Below, piece after piece: positions 31,657 to 43,721 of a DNA stretch of 64,000 nucleotides. This DNA is from Macrostomum hystrix (taxonomy: Eukaryota; Animalia; Platyhelminthes): positions 124,001-188,000 of the forward strand of contig CATNEN010000028.1 in NCBI GenBank assembly GCA_950097015.1, written 5' to 3'. The notes beneath the pieces were generated by a model. It saw nothing but the letters and a program-made list of their open reading frames with translations, did not search any database and was not told the origin of the DNA. The stretch's first letter is position 1. Every line of letters starts with the position of its first letter. Made by a program: the position numbers and the translations under genes.

Positions 31657-34600
31657 TCGAAGGCTTCTTCATCAAACTCTTCAAAGCGGCGCTGCCTTCA
31701 TTCCGTTGGGCCATGCGGTCCGAATCTCATCAGGCAGACCATCGATGAATTGTCTGCTGCCAGCTTTGAAGAGCCTCCCGACTCGCCCTCCGACATGGAG
31801 CTGGCTTCGTTCAGAATGATTCCTGACATTGACGATTTGAATAACAATCAGCACTCGGAAACTAAGGTTGAAGAGGAGGAGGAAACGGCTGCTCAAAATC
31901 ATCTAAAACCCCGGCCCCTGATTGGAACGTGGTTGATGCCAGACGTTGGCCAATATTTTAATTTTCCGAGAAAGTGTGAAAAAGAAAAGGCTTTTGGAGG
32001 CAACAGTGATAGGGCTTGTGGCCCGGACACTTTATTCAAGTGGCGCTTACAAGGCCTTACATTCGAGGATGCTGTGCAGGTGAGGAACTGCTAGTCTGTG
32101 ATAGTGCAGGTGAGGAACTGCTAGTCTGTGATAGTGCAGGTGAGGAACTGCTAGTCTGTGATAGTGCAGGTGAGGAACTGCTAGTCTGTGATAGTGCAGG
32201 TGAGGAACTGCTAGCCTGTGATAGTGCAGGTGAGGAACTGCTAGCCTGTGATAGTGCAGGTGAGGAACTGCTAGTCTGTGATAGTGCAGGTGAGGAACTG
32301 CTAGTCTGTGATAGTGCAGGTGAGGAACTGCTAGTCTGTGATAGTGCAGGTGAGGAACTGCTAGCCTGTGATAGTGCAGGTGAGGAACTGCTAGCCTGTG
32401 ATAGTGCAGGTGAGGAACTGCTAGCCTGTGATAGTGCAGGTGAGGAACTGCTAGCCTGTGATAGTGCAGGTGAGGAACTGCTAGTCTGTGATAGTGCAGG
32501 TGAGGAACTGCTAGTCTGTGATAGTGCAGGTGAGGAACTGCTAGTCTGTGATAGTGCAGGTGAGGAACTGCTAGCCTGTGATAGTGCAGGTGAGGAACTG
32601 CTAGCCTGTGATAGTGCAGGTGAGGAACTGCTAGTCTGTGATAGTGCAGGTGAGGAACTGCTAGTCTGTGATAGTGCAGGTGAGGAACTGCTAGTCTGTG
32701 ATAGTGCAGGTGAGGAACTGCTAGCCTGTGATAGTGCAGGTGAGGAACTGCTAGCCTGTGATAGTGCAGGTGAGGAACTGCTAGCCTGTGATAGTGCAGG
32801 TGAGGAACTGCTAGCCTGTGATAGTGCTGGTGTATTCTGAACTGCTAGCCTGTGATAGTGCTGGTGTATTCTGAACTGCTAGCCTGTGATAGTGCTGTTG
32901 TATTCTGAACTGCCAGCCTGTGATAGTGCTGGTGTATTCTGAACTGCTGTGAACGTATTGTTGAATCTCGCTCGCTCTGACAGGAGAGTCACCGACGACC
33001 CTTTGGCGGCGTGCTGTGCCACTACCGCAGCTGGAGATTTCCCGACAGGCAAAGAAGTTCCACAGCTGGTGCTGCTGTGTACCCAGATGGGCCACCTAGC
33101 AACCATTCTACTCGCGACTCGGAGGTAGTAGCAGAGGCAGCAGCAGTGTCTCCCGCGCCTTCGTCGACTCCTGCTGGCGGTCCAGCTCAATCAGACTGCT
33201 CAGAAGGTTTGTCGCGTGCTACTGATGACTGTGGCCAGTTCAGTTTGGCAGCATTCCTGTGCGCGCCAGGCCAGCAGAGCGAGGAGCCTAGCCTTTGCTT
33301 GATCAGCGACGAAGATTTGGACGCTGAACTCGGGCGCGAGGAACAGGCGACCAGAATGCAACAGCGGTCTGAATCGCCTATTAGATTTACTGCAACTGCT
33401 TCTGGGGCTGCAGATTCTCAGCCGAGTCAGCAGCGAGACCAGCCTCGGTGTCAACAATCACGATCTGAGTCGCCTCAACAGCCGGCTCAGCCACATCAAC
33501 AGCCCGCTGAGCCACCTCAACAGGCGGCTCAGCCGCCTCAACAGCCGGCTCAGCCACCTCAACAGCAATCACAGCTACGGCAGCAGCAATCACAGCCACA
33601 GAACCGGCAATTACAGCTTCAGCAACAGCAATCACAGCCTCAGCAGCAGCAGTCACGGCCACAGCAGCAGCAATCACAGCTACAGCAGGAGCAATCACAG
33701 CAACAGCAATCACAGCTACAGCAGCAGCAATCACAGCAACAGCAATCACAGCTACAGCAACAGCAATCACAGCTACAGCAGCAGCAATCACAGCAACAGC
33801 AATCACAGCTACGGCAGCAGCAATCACAGCAACAGCAATCACAGCTACAGCAGCAGCAATCACAGCAACAGCAATCACAGCTACAGCAACAGCAATCACA
33901 GCTACGGCAGCAGCAATCACAGCTACAGCAACAGCAATCACAGCCACAGCCGCAGCAATCACAGCTACGGCAGCAGCAATCACAGCCACAGCAGCAGCAA
34001 TCACGGCCACAGCAGCAGCAATCACAGCTACAGCAGCAGCGATCACAGCCATGGCAGCAAACACAGCTACAGCAACAGCAATCACAGCCACAGACGCATC
34101 AATCACGGCCACAACAGCAGCAATCACAGCTACAGCAGCTGCAATCACAGCCATGGCAGCAGCCATCACAGCTACAGCAGCTGCTATCACAGCCATGGCA
34201 GCAGCCATCACAGCTACAGCAGCTGCAATCACAGCCACAGCAATCACAGCCGCAGCAGCAGCCATCACAGCTGTTGCTGCACCAGCGACCACAGACAATG
34301 GAACAGGTAGTGCAGCGTCTAACACTAGCGAAGCAGCAGCAAGGGCTGGAGCAGGGGAGGCAGCTGGTACAGTTGCCTAGGGCACAGGAGCAGCAACAGC
34401 AGCAGCATATTCTGCTTCAACACTCAGATGCGGATGGCGGCTCTCAGCAACAGCTAGGATGCGGGCCCAATCCGATTTATGTCTGTCTAGCCTGCAACGA
34501 GACTCTTCAGGATTCCGTCGCCGCCACAGAACACTCGTCACCGTCCAATCTCATGCACTACTGTCTGGCACTGCCAGAGCCCAGTTCCAGTTTGGCTGAT

Positions 34601-35413
34601 TACAAATTGACTTGCCACACCTGCGATTTCGGCTTTAACAGCGGCCTGTCTATCGGCCCGCTTGCCGCCTTGGTTATTCACTGCCTGTCCGAGCATCGGG
34701 CTGCTATCTCTGGGCCGCTGCTCAACTTGCATCACACAGCCTCAGGTCAGCGTTGGCGACTTAGCGGCAACCGCAACACTCGCTGCCAGCTGTATAAGAA
34801 GGCCTGCGACACCTGGCTAGCCAACGTGCCAGCGCTCAATGTCTACGACTTTGTCCTGGCGCCATCAGCCTCCTCAAATCATAATCTGCGCTCGCCATTC
34901 GCGTTAGCCTTTGTTCTAATTTGTCGTTTCTGTCGCAGAATCAGCATACCGACCGCTTGGAGCTTGCCGCAGTGCCCGGAGCTCATATCCACACTGCGGC
35001 CGCACCCCAGCGGTCATCCCTGCCAACTAGTGATGGTTGCTGTGCGGTTGCTAGGCTCGCCTACGGCTAATAGACAATTCGGCTGTGCAGTTGCCAACTG
35101 TCCAATTCGGTCAGCTAGCCCACAGGCCTGCGCCATTCATCAGCTGGCTCTCCACGGTGTGTCCAGCTCTCTTCGCTGCGCTAAGTGCAGTTTTCACTCG
35201 GATTCCGTGTCCACCGGCCTACTGCATTATCGACTGTGCCGCAGCACGGCCCGACAGTATCTCATAGCCTGTGTTAGCCTGGCTCACTCGGTGCCTAACA
35301 ACTGCCTGCAGCAACAGCCTCAGCCTCAGCCTCTGATGCTATCTAGCCAATGCCTGCTGAGCCTAATGCCTGATGGCAACACTGTCGGACTGCGGTTCCT
35401 CTTTGATCGCTGA
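31657..35413 (+). CDS. Uncharacterised Gln-rich protein with multiple degenerate C2H2-like zinc-finger motifs; exons 31657-32079 and 32984-35413 (start codon not located)
   Basis: Phase-0 GT-AG intron 32080-32983 joins two open frames (..TFEDAVQ|ESHRRPFGG..). Long polyQ/QS tract, then CLAC, CHTC..HCLSEH, CRFC, CAVANC..HQLALH and CAKC..HYRLC. Confidence 0.72.
32074..32950 (+). repeat. 30-bp minisatellite (GTGCAGGTGAGGAACTGCTAGYCTGTGATA) x25 plus about 4 variant units
   Basis: The first unit overlaps the exon end and donor site. Confidence 0.97.
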
Positions 35414-35559
35414 ACTATTTCTAATCTGCTCCGACTGTGTAACAAATAATTAGCTAGCTTTGCAGATCTTTAGCTTCCTACGAGTGTTATGTGCTATATG
35501 TACAAATGGCATTACAAATGCATTATTTGAGGGGTTTGTTGAGAAGACACTTGCGGGTA

Positions 35560-35970
35560 ATCACAGGTGAGACACTGCTTATCACAGGTGAGGCACTGCT
35601 AGGCTATCACAGGTGAAACATTGCTAGGTATCACAGGTTAAACATTGCTAGGGTATCACAGGTGAAACATTGCTAGTGAATCACAGGTGAAACAATTCTT
35701 AGGGTATCATAGATGGGACACTGTAATGGTATCACAGGTGAAACACTGCTTGGGAATCACAGGTAAAACATTGCTAGGCTATCACAGGTGAAACATTGCT
35801 AGGGTATCATAGGTGAGACACTGTAATGGTATCATAGGTGAAACAATTCCTAGGGTATCATAGGTAAGACACCGTAATGGTATCACAGGTGAAACAATTC
35901 CTAGGGTATCATAGGTGAGACACTGCTTGGGGATCACAGGTGAAACATTGCTAGGGTATCACAGGTGAAC
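35560..35970 (+). repeat. About 24-bp minisatellite (TATCACAGGTGAAACATTGCTAGGG-like) in the presumed 3' UTR
   Basis: About 16 degenerate units, most containing CAG|GTGA. Confidence 0.9.
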
Positions 35971-36440
35971 CACTTCAATTATTTCACAAGTAAGCGTATT
36001 TATTTTTACAAATCCCATACTGCTGCAAAATGCCATAAGAAAACCTAATATAATTCATTGCTTCCCGGCATTAACTTGTTAATAAAATAATCAAACAACC
36101 TTTTTGGTTGTAATATTTTAAGCCATTTTTTATTAAACAGTCAGTAAAAGTCCTCTCTCTTCTGTCCTCTTCCATAGACTACATGGCGGTAAGTTTATTT
36201 GTTAATAACGCTTTTTTACGCGCGTACACTCGCATTATAATTTGTTTATATATATGGCAGGTGTTCTATGGTTAAAAAATCTATTACTTCAATCGCTAAA
36301 TATTTAAGCCCTTTCTTCCCTTTTTTGTTAGTAAACAATTTGCATTTTTGCTCTCTGTTTTTTGCTGATCTTGCTAGTTTTATGTATTTTTTTGCATGTT
36401 GCTTGAAACTAACTTTGAGTTTGCGTGATGCTTTCCAAAT

Positions 36441-38404
36441 ATGCTAGATTACAGTCACCTTCCCACCCACAAGATAAGCTTTGATCAACTATGCTAGATT
36501 ACAGTCACCTTCCCACCCACAAGATAAGCTTTGATCAACTATGCTAGATTACAGTCACCTTCCCACCCACAAGATAAGCTTTGATCAACTATGCTAGATT
36601 ACAGTCACCTTCCCACCCACAAGATAAGCTTTGATCAACTGTGCTGGATTACAGTCACCTTCCCACCCACAAGATAAGCTTTGATCAACTATGCTAGATT
36701 ACAGTCACCTTCCCACCCACAAGATAAGCTTTGATCAACTATGCTAGATTACAGTCACCTTCCCACCCACAAGATAAGCTTTGATCAACTATGCTAGATT
36801 ACAGTCACCTTCCCACCCACAAGATAAGCTTTGATCAACTGTGCTAGATTACAGTCACCTTCCCACCCACAAGATAAGCTTTGATCAACTGTGCTAGATT
36901 ACAGTCACCTTCCCACCCACAAGATAAGCTTTGATCAACTGTGCTAGATTACAGTCACCTTCCCACCCACAAGATAAGCTTTGATCAACTATGCTAGATT
37001 ACAGTCACCTTCCCACCCACAAGATAAGCTTTGATCAACTGTGCTAGATTACAGTCACCTTCCCACCCACAAGATAAGCTTTGATCAACTATGCTAGATT
37101 ACAGTCACCTTCCCACCCACAAGATAAGCTTTGATCAACTATGCTAGATTACAGTCACCTTCCCACCCACAAGATAAGCTTTGATCAACTATGCTAGATT
37201 ACAGTCACCTTCCCACCCACAAGATAAGCTTTGATCAACTATGCTAGATTACAGTCACCTTCCCACCCACAAGATAAGCTTTGATCAACTGTGCTAGATT
37301 ACAGTCACCTTCCCACCCACAAGATAAGCTTTGATCAACTATGCTAGATTACAGTCACCTTCCCACCCACAAGATAAGCTTTGATCAACTATGCTAGATT
37401 ACAGTCACCTTCCCACCCACAAGATAAGCTTTGATCAACTATGCTAGATTACTGTCACCTTCCCACCCACAAGATAAGCTTTGATCAACTATGCTAGATT
37501 ACAGTCACCTTCCCACCCACAAGATAAGCTTTGATCAACTATGCTAGATTACAGTCACCTTCCCACCCACAAGATAAGCTTTGATCAACTATGCTAGATT
37601 ACAGTCACCTTCCCACCCACAAGATAAGCTTTGATCAACTGTGCTAGATTACAGTCACCTTCCCACCCACAAGATAAGCTTTGATCAACTGTGCTAGATT
37701 ACAGTCACCTTCCCACCCACAAGATAAGCTTTGATCAACTGTGCTAGATTACAGTCACCTTCCCACCCACAAGATAAGCTTTGATCAACTGTGCTAGATT
37801 ACAGTCACCTTCCCACCCACAAGATAAGCTTTGATCAACTATGCTAGATTACAGTCACCTTCCCACCCACAAGATAAGCTTTGATCAACTGTGCTAGATT
37901 ACAGTCACCTTCCCACCCACAAGATAAGCTTTGATCAACTATGCTAGATTACAGTCACCTTCCCACCCACAAGATAAGCTTTGATCAACTATGCTAGATT
38001 ACAGTCACCTTCCCACCCACAAGATAAGCTTTGATCAACTATGCTAGATTACAGTCACCTTCCCACCCACAAGATAAGCTTTGATCAACTATGCTAGATT
38101 ACAGTCACCTTCCCACCCACAAGATAAGCTTTGATCAACTGTGCTAGATTACAGTCACCTTCCCACCCACAAGATAAGCTTTGATCAACTATGCTAGATT
38201 ACAGTCACCTTCCCACCCACAAGATAAGCTTTGATCAACTATGCTAGATTACAGTCACCTTCCCACCCACAAGATAAGCTTTGATCAACTATGCTAGATT
38301 ACAGTCACCTTCCCACCCACAAGATAAGCTTTGATCAACTATGCTAGATTACAGTCACCTTCCCACCCACAAGATAAGCTTTGATCAACTTTGCTAGATT
38401 ACAG
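36441..38404. repeat. 50-bp satellite (ATGCTAGATTACAGTCACCTTCCCACCCACAAGATAAGCTTTGATCAACT) x39
   Basis: Nearly identical units with one A/G variant position. Confidence 0.98.
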
Positions 38405-38611
38405 TACCCTACAATCCTCCTACAGGCTGAGAGATATGTGAGGTAGAGAATGGATTGAGGGAGATATGAGGTAGAGAATGGGCTCTATAGGGCTCTATAG
38501 AGATGGATTCAATGGATTCGTTATATTGGACTTCTTCGATCATGAAGTGCCTGATCTTGTTTAAATTTCTACCTGTAACTTGCAGCTAAGCAGCCCTACC
38601 ATAGCCTAACA

Positions 38612-39060
38612 ATGGACGATCTATCCGAGGAGAACACTTTCAGCGTGGACGAGGTGTCCCAGATCATCAAGGAGGGTGTTGAGACTTGCATTGGTAGCAG
38701 CCAGTTTCAGCAGAACAAGGTCAACCAGTGGACATCCAGCATCATTGAGCACTGCCTGAACCAACTCACTAAATTGGGTGCGATTATGACAATGTTTTGG
38801 TTACAGCATACCCAGTTTCACTGACCCACCCCTTTCACACTTTGATTCGCCCCATCACCATGCCGCCTCCTGGACAATGCCATCCCACAGGTAAGCCGTT
38901 CAAATACGTGGCCAACTGTGTGATCATGCAGAAGAATGGCGCCGGCCTGCACACCGCCTCCTCCTGCTTCTGGGACAACCAGACCGACGGCTCCTGCACC
39001 ATCAAGTGGGAGAACAAGACAATGCACGTCATTGTCACCGTATTCGGTCTGGCCATTTAA
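38612..39060 (+). CDS. DYNLT1: Dynein light chain Tctex-type; exons 38612-38777 and 38891-39060 (111 aa)
   Basis: [41 protein letters not shown]|[52 protein letters not shown]; phase-1 GT-AG intron. Confidence 0.95.
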
Positions 39061-40137
39061 AGGGCCATTGTGAGCCAGGGACTTTATCCACTCACTTTAA
39101 TAGCTTTGACTGTGAATCCTGACCTACAAAATTCCATTTTGATAACGACAACACTTATTGTTACTTTTATATTTACTTTTTTAATCTCTTATAATTTAAA
39201 GATAATTTTGCAAAAAGTAAAGTTAAAGCAAATTGATGGCAGAAATAAAAAAAAATTTTCTACAAGGAAAAATTATCATGGCAGTCCAATTCTAATGCTC
39301 TGTTTATCATTTTATTTTTGTATTATTTAAATTCGTGCTAACTTATGGTAGATTACCACACAAGAAAAGTAAGCAAATAAGTAAATATTTACTTTCCTCC
39401 ATTCTGATAAAGCGAATTGAAAGTAACATGCATAAACAAGCACATTGTTGGATGCTGTCAATGTTTTACAGAGGATGCCGACTTCTGGGCAGATGTTTTC
39501 GCTTGCTCGATTCCGTCCGATCCATTTTAAAAGGCCACAATTTCTAGTACTCGTGCCTCCTACCAGTTCCCCTATCTGTAAGTGCCTTTATCTCTTATTC
39601 CTCCTTGATAATTAGTTTATTTGTTTTTATATTCAAAACCTTTGTATCAGAAAAATTCCTGACGTTTTTGACTGCTTAACAATACTTAACAAAAGTTTGG
39701 ATACTTCATTTTGTTTCTCAATGTTGATTTTTATCGCGTAATACAAGTTTAACTACTCAATTAAGGTCTTCATCAGTAGTAGAGCAGCTGCTTTGTACCT
39801 GATTGTGTGTTTTAAACCGTAGAAATTTTATATTTACGAACCAACGATAAAACGCGGAATAATACTAATAGACTTTATGACTTTCTATTAATTACAATTT
39901 TGAAAGGCCTTACACTTACATTTTTATTCAATTGTCATTTTCTCTTGTCTTTTAGGTCCCTATTGCTTCCATTCACCAAGCATAAAAATAGGGGCCTTGG
40001 GTAACGATTTGGGTGTCCACTGGCTGTAAGTGAATTCCTGTATTTTTGCCTTCTGTTTCCAGCCGGCTGCCACTAAATCCCAGTACAAGCACTCCCAGGA
40101 GGAGGCTAAATTCCTCGACCTGCCACCGGACTCGGCG

Positions 40138-42187
40138 ATGACCGAGAAGCAACCGCCGGCAGCTGCTCTGTCGAACAGGCTGAGTGGCGTTGGCGGAGGC
40201 GGTGGGGATGGCTTCCTGTGGTACGTGTACCCGGTGCTGCACACCTGCCTGCTGGCTCTGCTCTGCATCGTACTGGAGAGTGTCCAAATCCTACCTGGCT
40301 ACGCTGGCTCCTATCGTCGGTCGGCAAGTATTTTATTCGACTGGCTGGCCCACATGGCCCTAGCCGGTCAGAGCTGGTCCCTGGCTGCCAACCTGACGCC
40401 CGGCAGGTGCTTCGTACTGGAGAGCTCAGTGTACGCCTGCGTGTTGGCTACAGTGATGGATGCGGATCACTTCCTGGCTGCTGGCAGCATTAATCCCTGG
40501 GTGAGCTGACTGAGAACAGCTCGTAGGACCCACTCTGCCTCCTAATAGCAATCTTTTGTTTGCAGCAATTTCTGGGGCAATAAAAATGCATTTTTTTATT
40601 ATAAACTCATCAAACTTTATGATCAGTTGGATGACTTTATGATCAGTTGGATGACTTTATGATCAGTTGGATGACTTTATGATCAGTTGGATGACTTTAT
40701 GATCAGTTGGATGACTTTATGATCAGTTGGATGACTTTATGATCAGTTGGATGACTTTATGATCAGTTTGATGACTTTATGGTCAGTTGGATGACTTTAT
40801 GATCAGTTTGATGACTTTATGATCAGTTTGATGACTTTATGATCAGTTGGATGACTTTATGATCAGTTGGATGACTTTATGATCAGTTGGATGACTTTAT
40901 GATCAGTTGGATGACTTTATGATCAGTTGGATGACTTTATGATCAGTTGGATGACTTTATGGCCAGTTGGATGACTTTATGATCAGTTGGATGACTTTAT
41001 GATCAGTTGGATGACTTTATAGTCAGTTGGATGACTTTATAGTCAGTTGGATGACTTTATGGTCAGTTGGATGACTTTATGATCAGTTGGATGACTTTAT
41101 GATCAGTTGGATGACTTTATGATCAGTTGGATGACTTTATGATCAGTTTGATGACTTTCTGGTCAGTTGGATGACTTTATGGTCAGTTGGATGACTTTAT
41201 GGTCAGTTGGATGACTTTATGGTCAGTTGGATGACTTTATGATCAGTTTGATGACTTTATGATCAGTTGGATGACTTTATAGTCAGTTGGATGACTTTAT
41301 AGTCAGTTGGATGACTTTATGGTCAGTTGGATGACTTTATGATCAGTTTGATGACTTTCTAGTCAGTTGGATGACTTTATGGTCAGTTGGATGACTTTAT
41401 GGCCAGTTGGATGACTTTATGATCAGTTGGATGACTTTATGATCAGTTGGATGACTTTCTAGTCAGTTGGATGACTTTATGATCAGTTGGGTGACTTTAT
41501 AGTCAGTTGGATGACTTTATGGTCAGTTGGATGACTTTATGATCAGTTGGATGACTTTATGATCAGTTGGATGACTTTATGATCAGTTGGATGACTTTAT
41601 GATCAGTTGGATGACTTTATGATCAGTTGGATGACTTTATGATCAGTTGGATGACTTTATAGTCAGTTGGGAGACTTTATAGTCAGTTGGGAGACTGATC
41701 AGTTGGATGACTGAATGACTAACTCAATAGTTTATTTTGTTATTGTGTAAGATAATGCAATCAGTGGAATATATAATGATAAATATATTAACAAACAATG
41801 CCCAATCATCGGCATCTCACACAGCGTGTTCTCAACTGCTCGAACTGTCCACGCGGAATCCTGCACAACACCCTGCTTCTGCCCATCATTGTGGCCCTAT
41901 TCCTGGCCTATGAGCGCGGTCATCAGCGCTATCGGGGCAAGCCGGCCGCTGTGCCGGGTCTAGCCTGGCTAACTCTAGTTGCCTGGGGCAGTCATCAGCT
42001 GCGCGACGCCAGACGTCGCGGCCTCCTATTGTGGCCCTTCCAATCAACGCCGCCATTGGGATTTCACGAATATTTGGCGGCTACTCTGGGCCTGGCCTGG
42101 CTGGTTAAGCTGCTGCTAGCCTGGCTGCGGTATGATGTGCGCAGCATCACTATCAGGCCACCGCCTGATGAGCTGCAGCTGGTCTGA
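40138..42187 (+). CDS. TMEM267: TMEM267-like membrane protein; exons 40138-40500 and 41825-42187
   Basis: LATVMDADHFLAAGS|..RGILHNTLLLP..WGSHQLRDARRRGLLLWPF..TPPL matches the TMEM267 motifs (DVDHFF.AGS, LH, SHHIRDG.R.GLW). Phase-0 GT-AG intron; the 5' end may extend upstream. Confidence 0.82.
40615..41710. repeat. 20-bp minisatellite (GATCAGTTGGATGACTTTAT), about 54 copies, filling the TMEM267 intron
   Basis: Directly visible. Confidence 0.97.
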
Positions 42188-43721
42188 CCTGCCTGACTCT
42201 GATCTAGATAACTTCCTAGATTGAGGATCTGTGACCTGGGAGATCCTTAGGATCTTGGAAATCTCGGAGATCCGTGAACTGGGAAATCTTTGGGATCTGA
42301 GAAATCTTAGAAATCGGTAGAATCTTAGGGATTCTGGAAAAAATGATATGGGATTGGTGACAGGCTAGATTGAGGATCTGGGAAATCTTAGGGATCTTCG
42401 AAGTCTAAATGTGTGACCCTTTGTATATCGAAAAACCCTGGGAAATCTTATGAATCTGGAAAAAATGGAATTCCTTACGCGTACTCTCCGTGCGTACTCT
42501 CCGTGCGTACTCTCCGTGCGTACTCTCCGCGCGTACTCTCCGCGCGTACTCTCCGTTATTAATAGATTTTGCTGTTACTATGCTCGTAGTTCTGCTTATA
42601 TTATTTTTATTTTTGTATTATGTCTCGCATCTACTAGTACTTAAGCAATGAATTCATTCACTGCTATGCCATTCAAATCATGCGTGTGGCAATCTGCGCT
42701 TCTGTGGTTCTGGGTTGAGTCGTTTTTCTGTTCAGATGGGATATTTGTGTCCATTTTTATTTACTTGCGCTTTGCAGATATCCGCATGCCGTTTCACTTA
42801 AAAACTATTTTTAATGCTACTTTGTTATTCACTTATTCCATGACTCATCATGTGAAATGAATCAACTATTTATATTTTAACTTTTTGTTAGAATATCCAG
42901 TTTGTATTTGACCTCCTTCCCTCATACTTATCCGGCGAGTTTTCTGCATCTTCCGGATTGCGAGTTTTTATTAAGTACCAATCATACTTTTGACTGGATA
43001 ATATGAAAATATATAATAATGATGCATTTGAGTTCTCATGTGTGCTTGCTATGCAGGGTGCATGCGCTGCCAAAAGTTGCTATCCAGAAGTTTATAATTT
43101 GTCTTCGTGTTTCTACTTTTAAGTTGTACTAATTTCAATATTTGTGAAATTGGGCTTTTCTTCTCATACCACAACAAGTTAATTTAAAGTGCCTTCATAC
43201 TTCCCGACTAGCTGACAAAGTAAACGAAATGTGCTGTAACACAGTTTCCACATTTTTTAGTTAGTATTGTTATTGCATGAACTTATATCTGTATAAAGCT
43301 ATTTATGGTATAAACTCGTGGCATTAAACCGGATTTCAGAATGCACAATTCATAATTAATAATAAAATACAACCAACATCAGGTTGGTCTGGCATCTGTC
43401 AGGCATAGACAGAGTAAAAGCATACCTATAGTCATTGTTGCCTAATTGAGGCCTCAGCGTGATTATCTCTAAGATCTCTAAGAAATTGAGTGAATGCAAC
43501 TGCAGACCTTTTAAAAATACATTAAATTTTATGTGTTTAAATGTTTATAGTTAAATAAATGAATTTCATGAACAGACTATTCATAACTTTAATTAATAAA
43601 AAGACTACTAAAATTTGATTTAACGACACAACATTTTGCGCGAATCCAAATGAATTCTGCATGCCGTCTATATCTTCCCTAGATACTAAAATTAAAAATT
43701 ATCTAAATTTTATCTTGTCCA

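Noticed and set aside
32016-32840. 274-aa ORF of CDSAGEELLV repeats
   Set aside because: It is the stop-free frame of a 30-bp intronic minisatellite; the flanking coding exons use another frame.
33387-34325. 312-aa Ala/Val/Ile antisense ORF
   Set aside because: It is the mirror of the CAG-rich coding repeat on the plus strand; there is no independent evidence.
36441-38404. Regular arrays (here and at 9681, 32074, 40615, 52660) as possible CRISPR loci
   Set aside because: Units are contiguous with no unique spacers, there are no cas genes, and the context is eukaryotic.
39460-40137. Possible small gene or extra TMEM267 exons (GTAAGT donors at about 39578 and 40026)
   Set aside because: I could not build a frame-consistent, recognisable product; probably 5' UTR exons.
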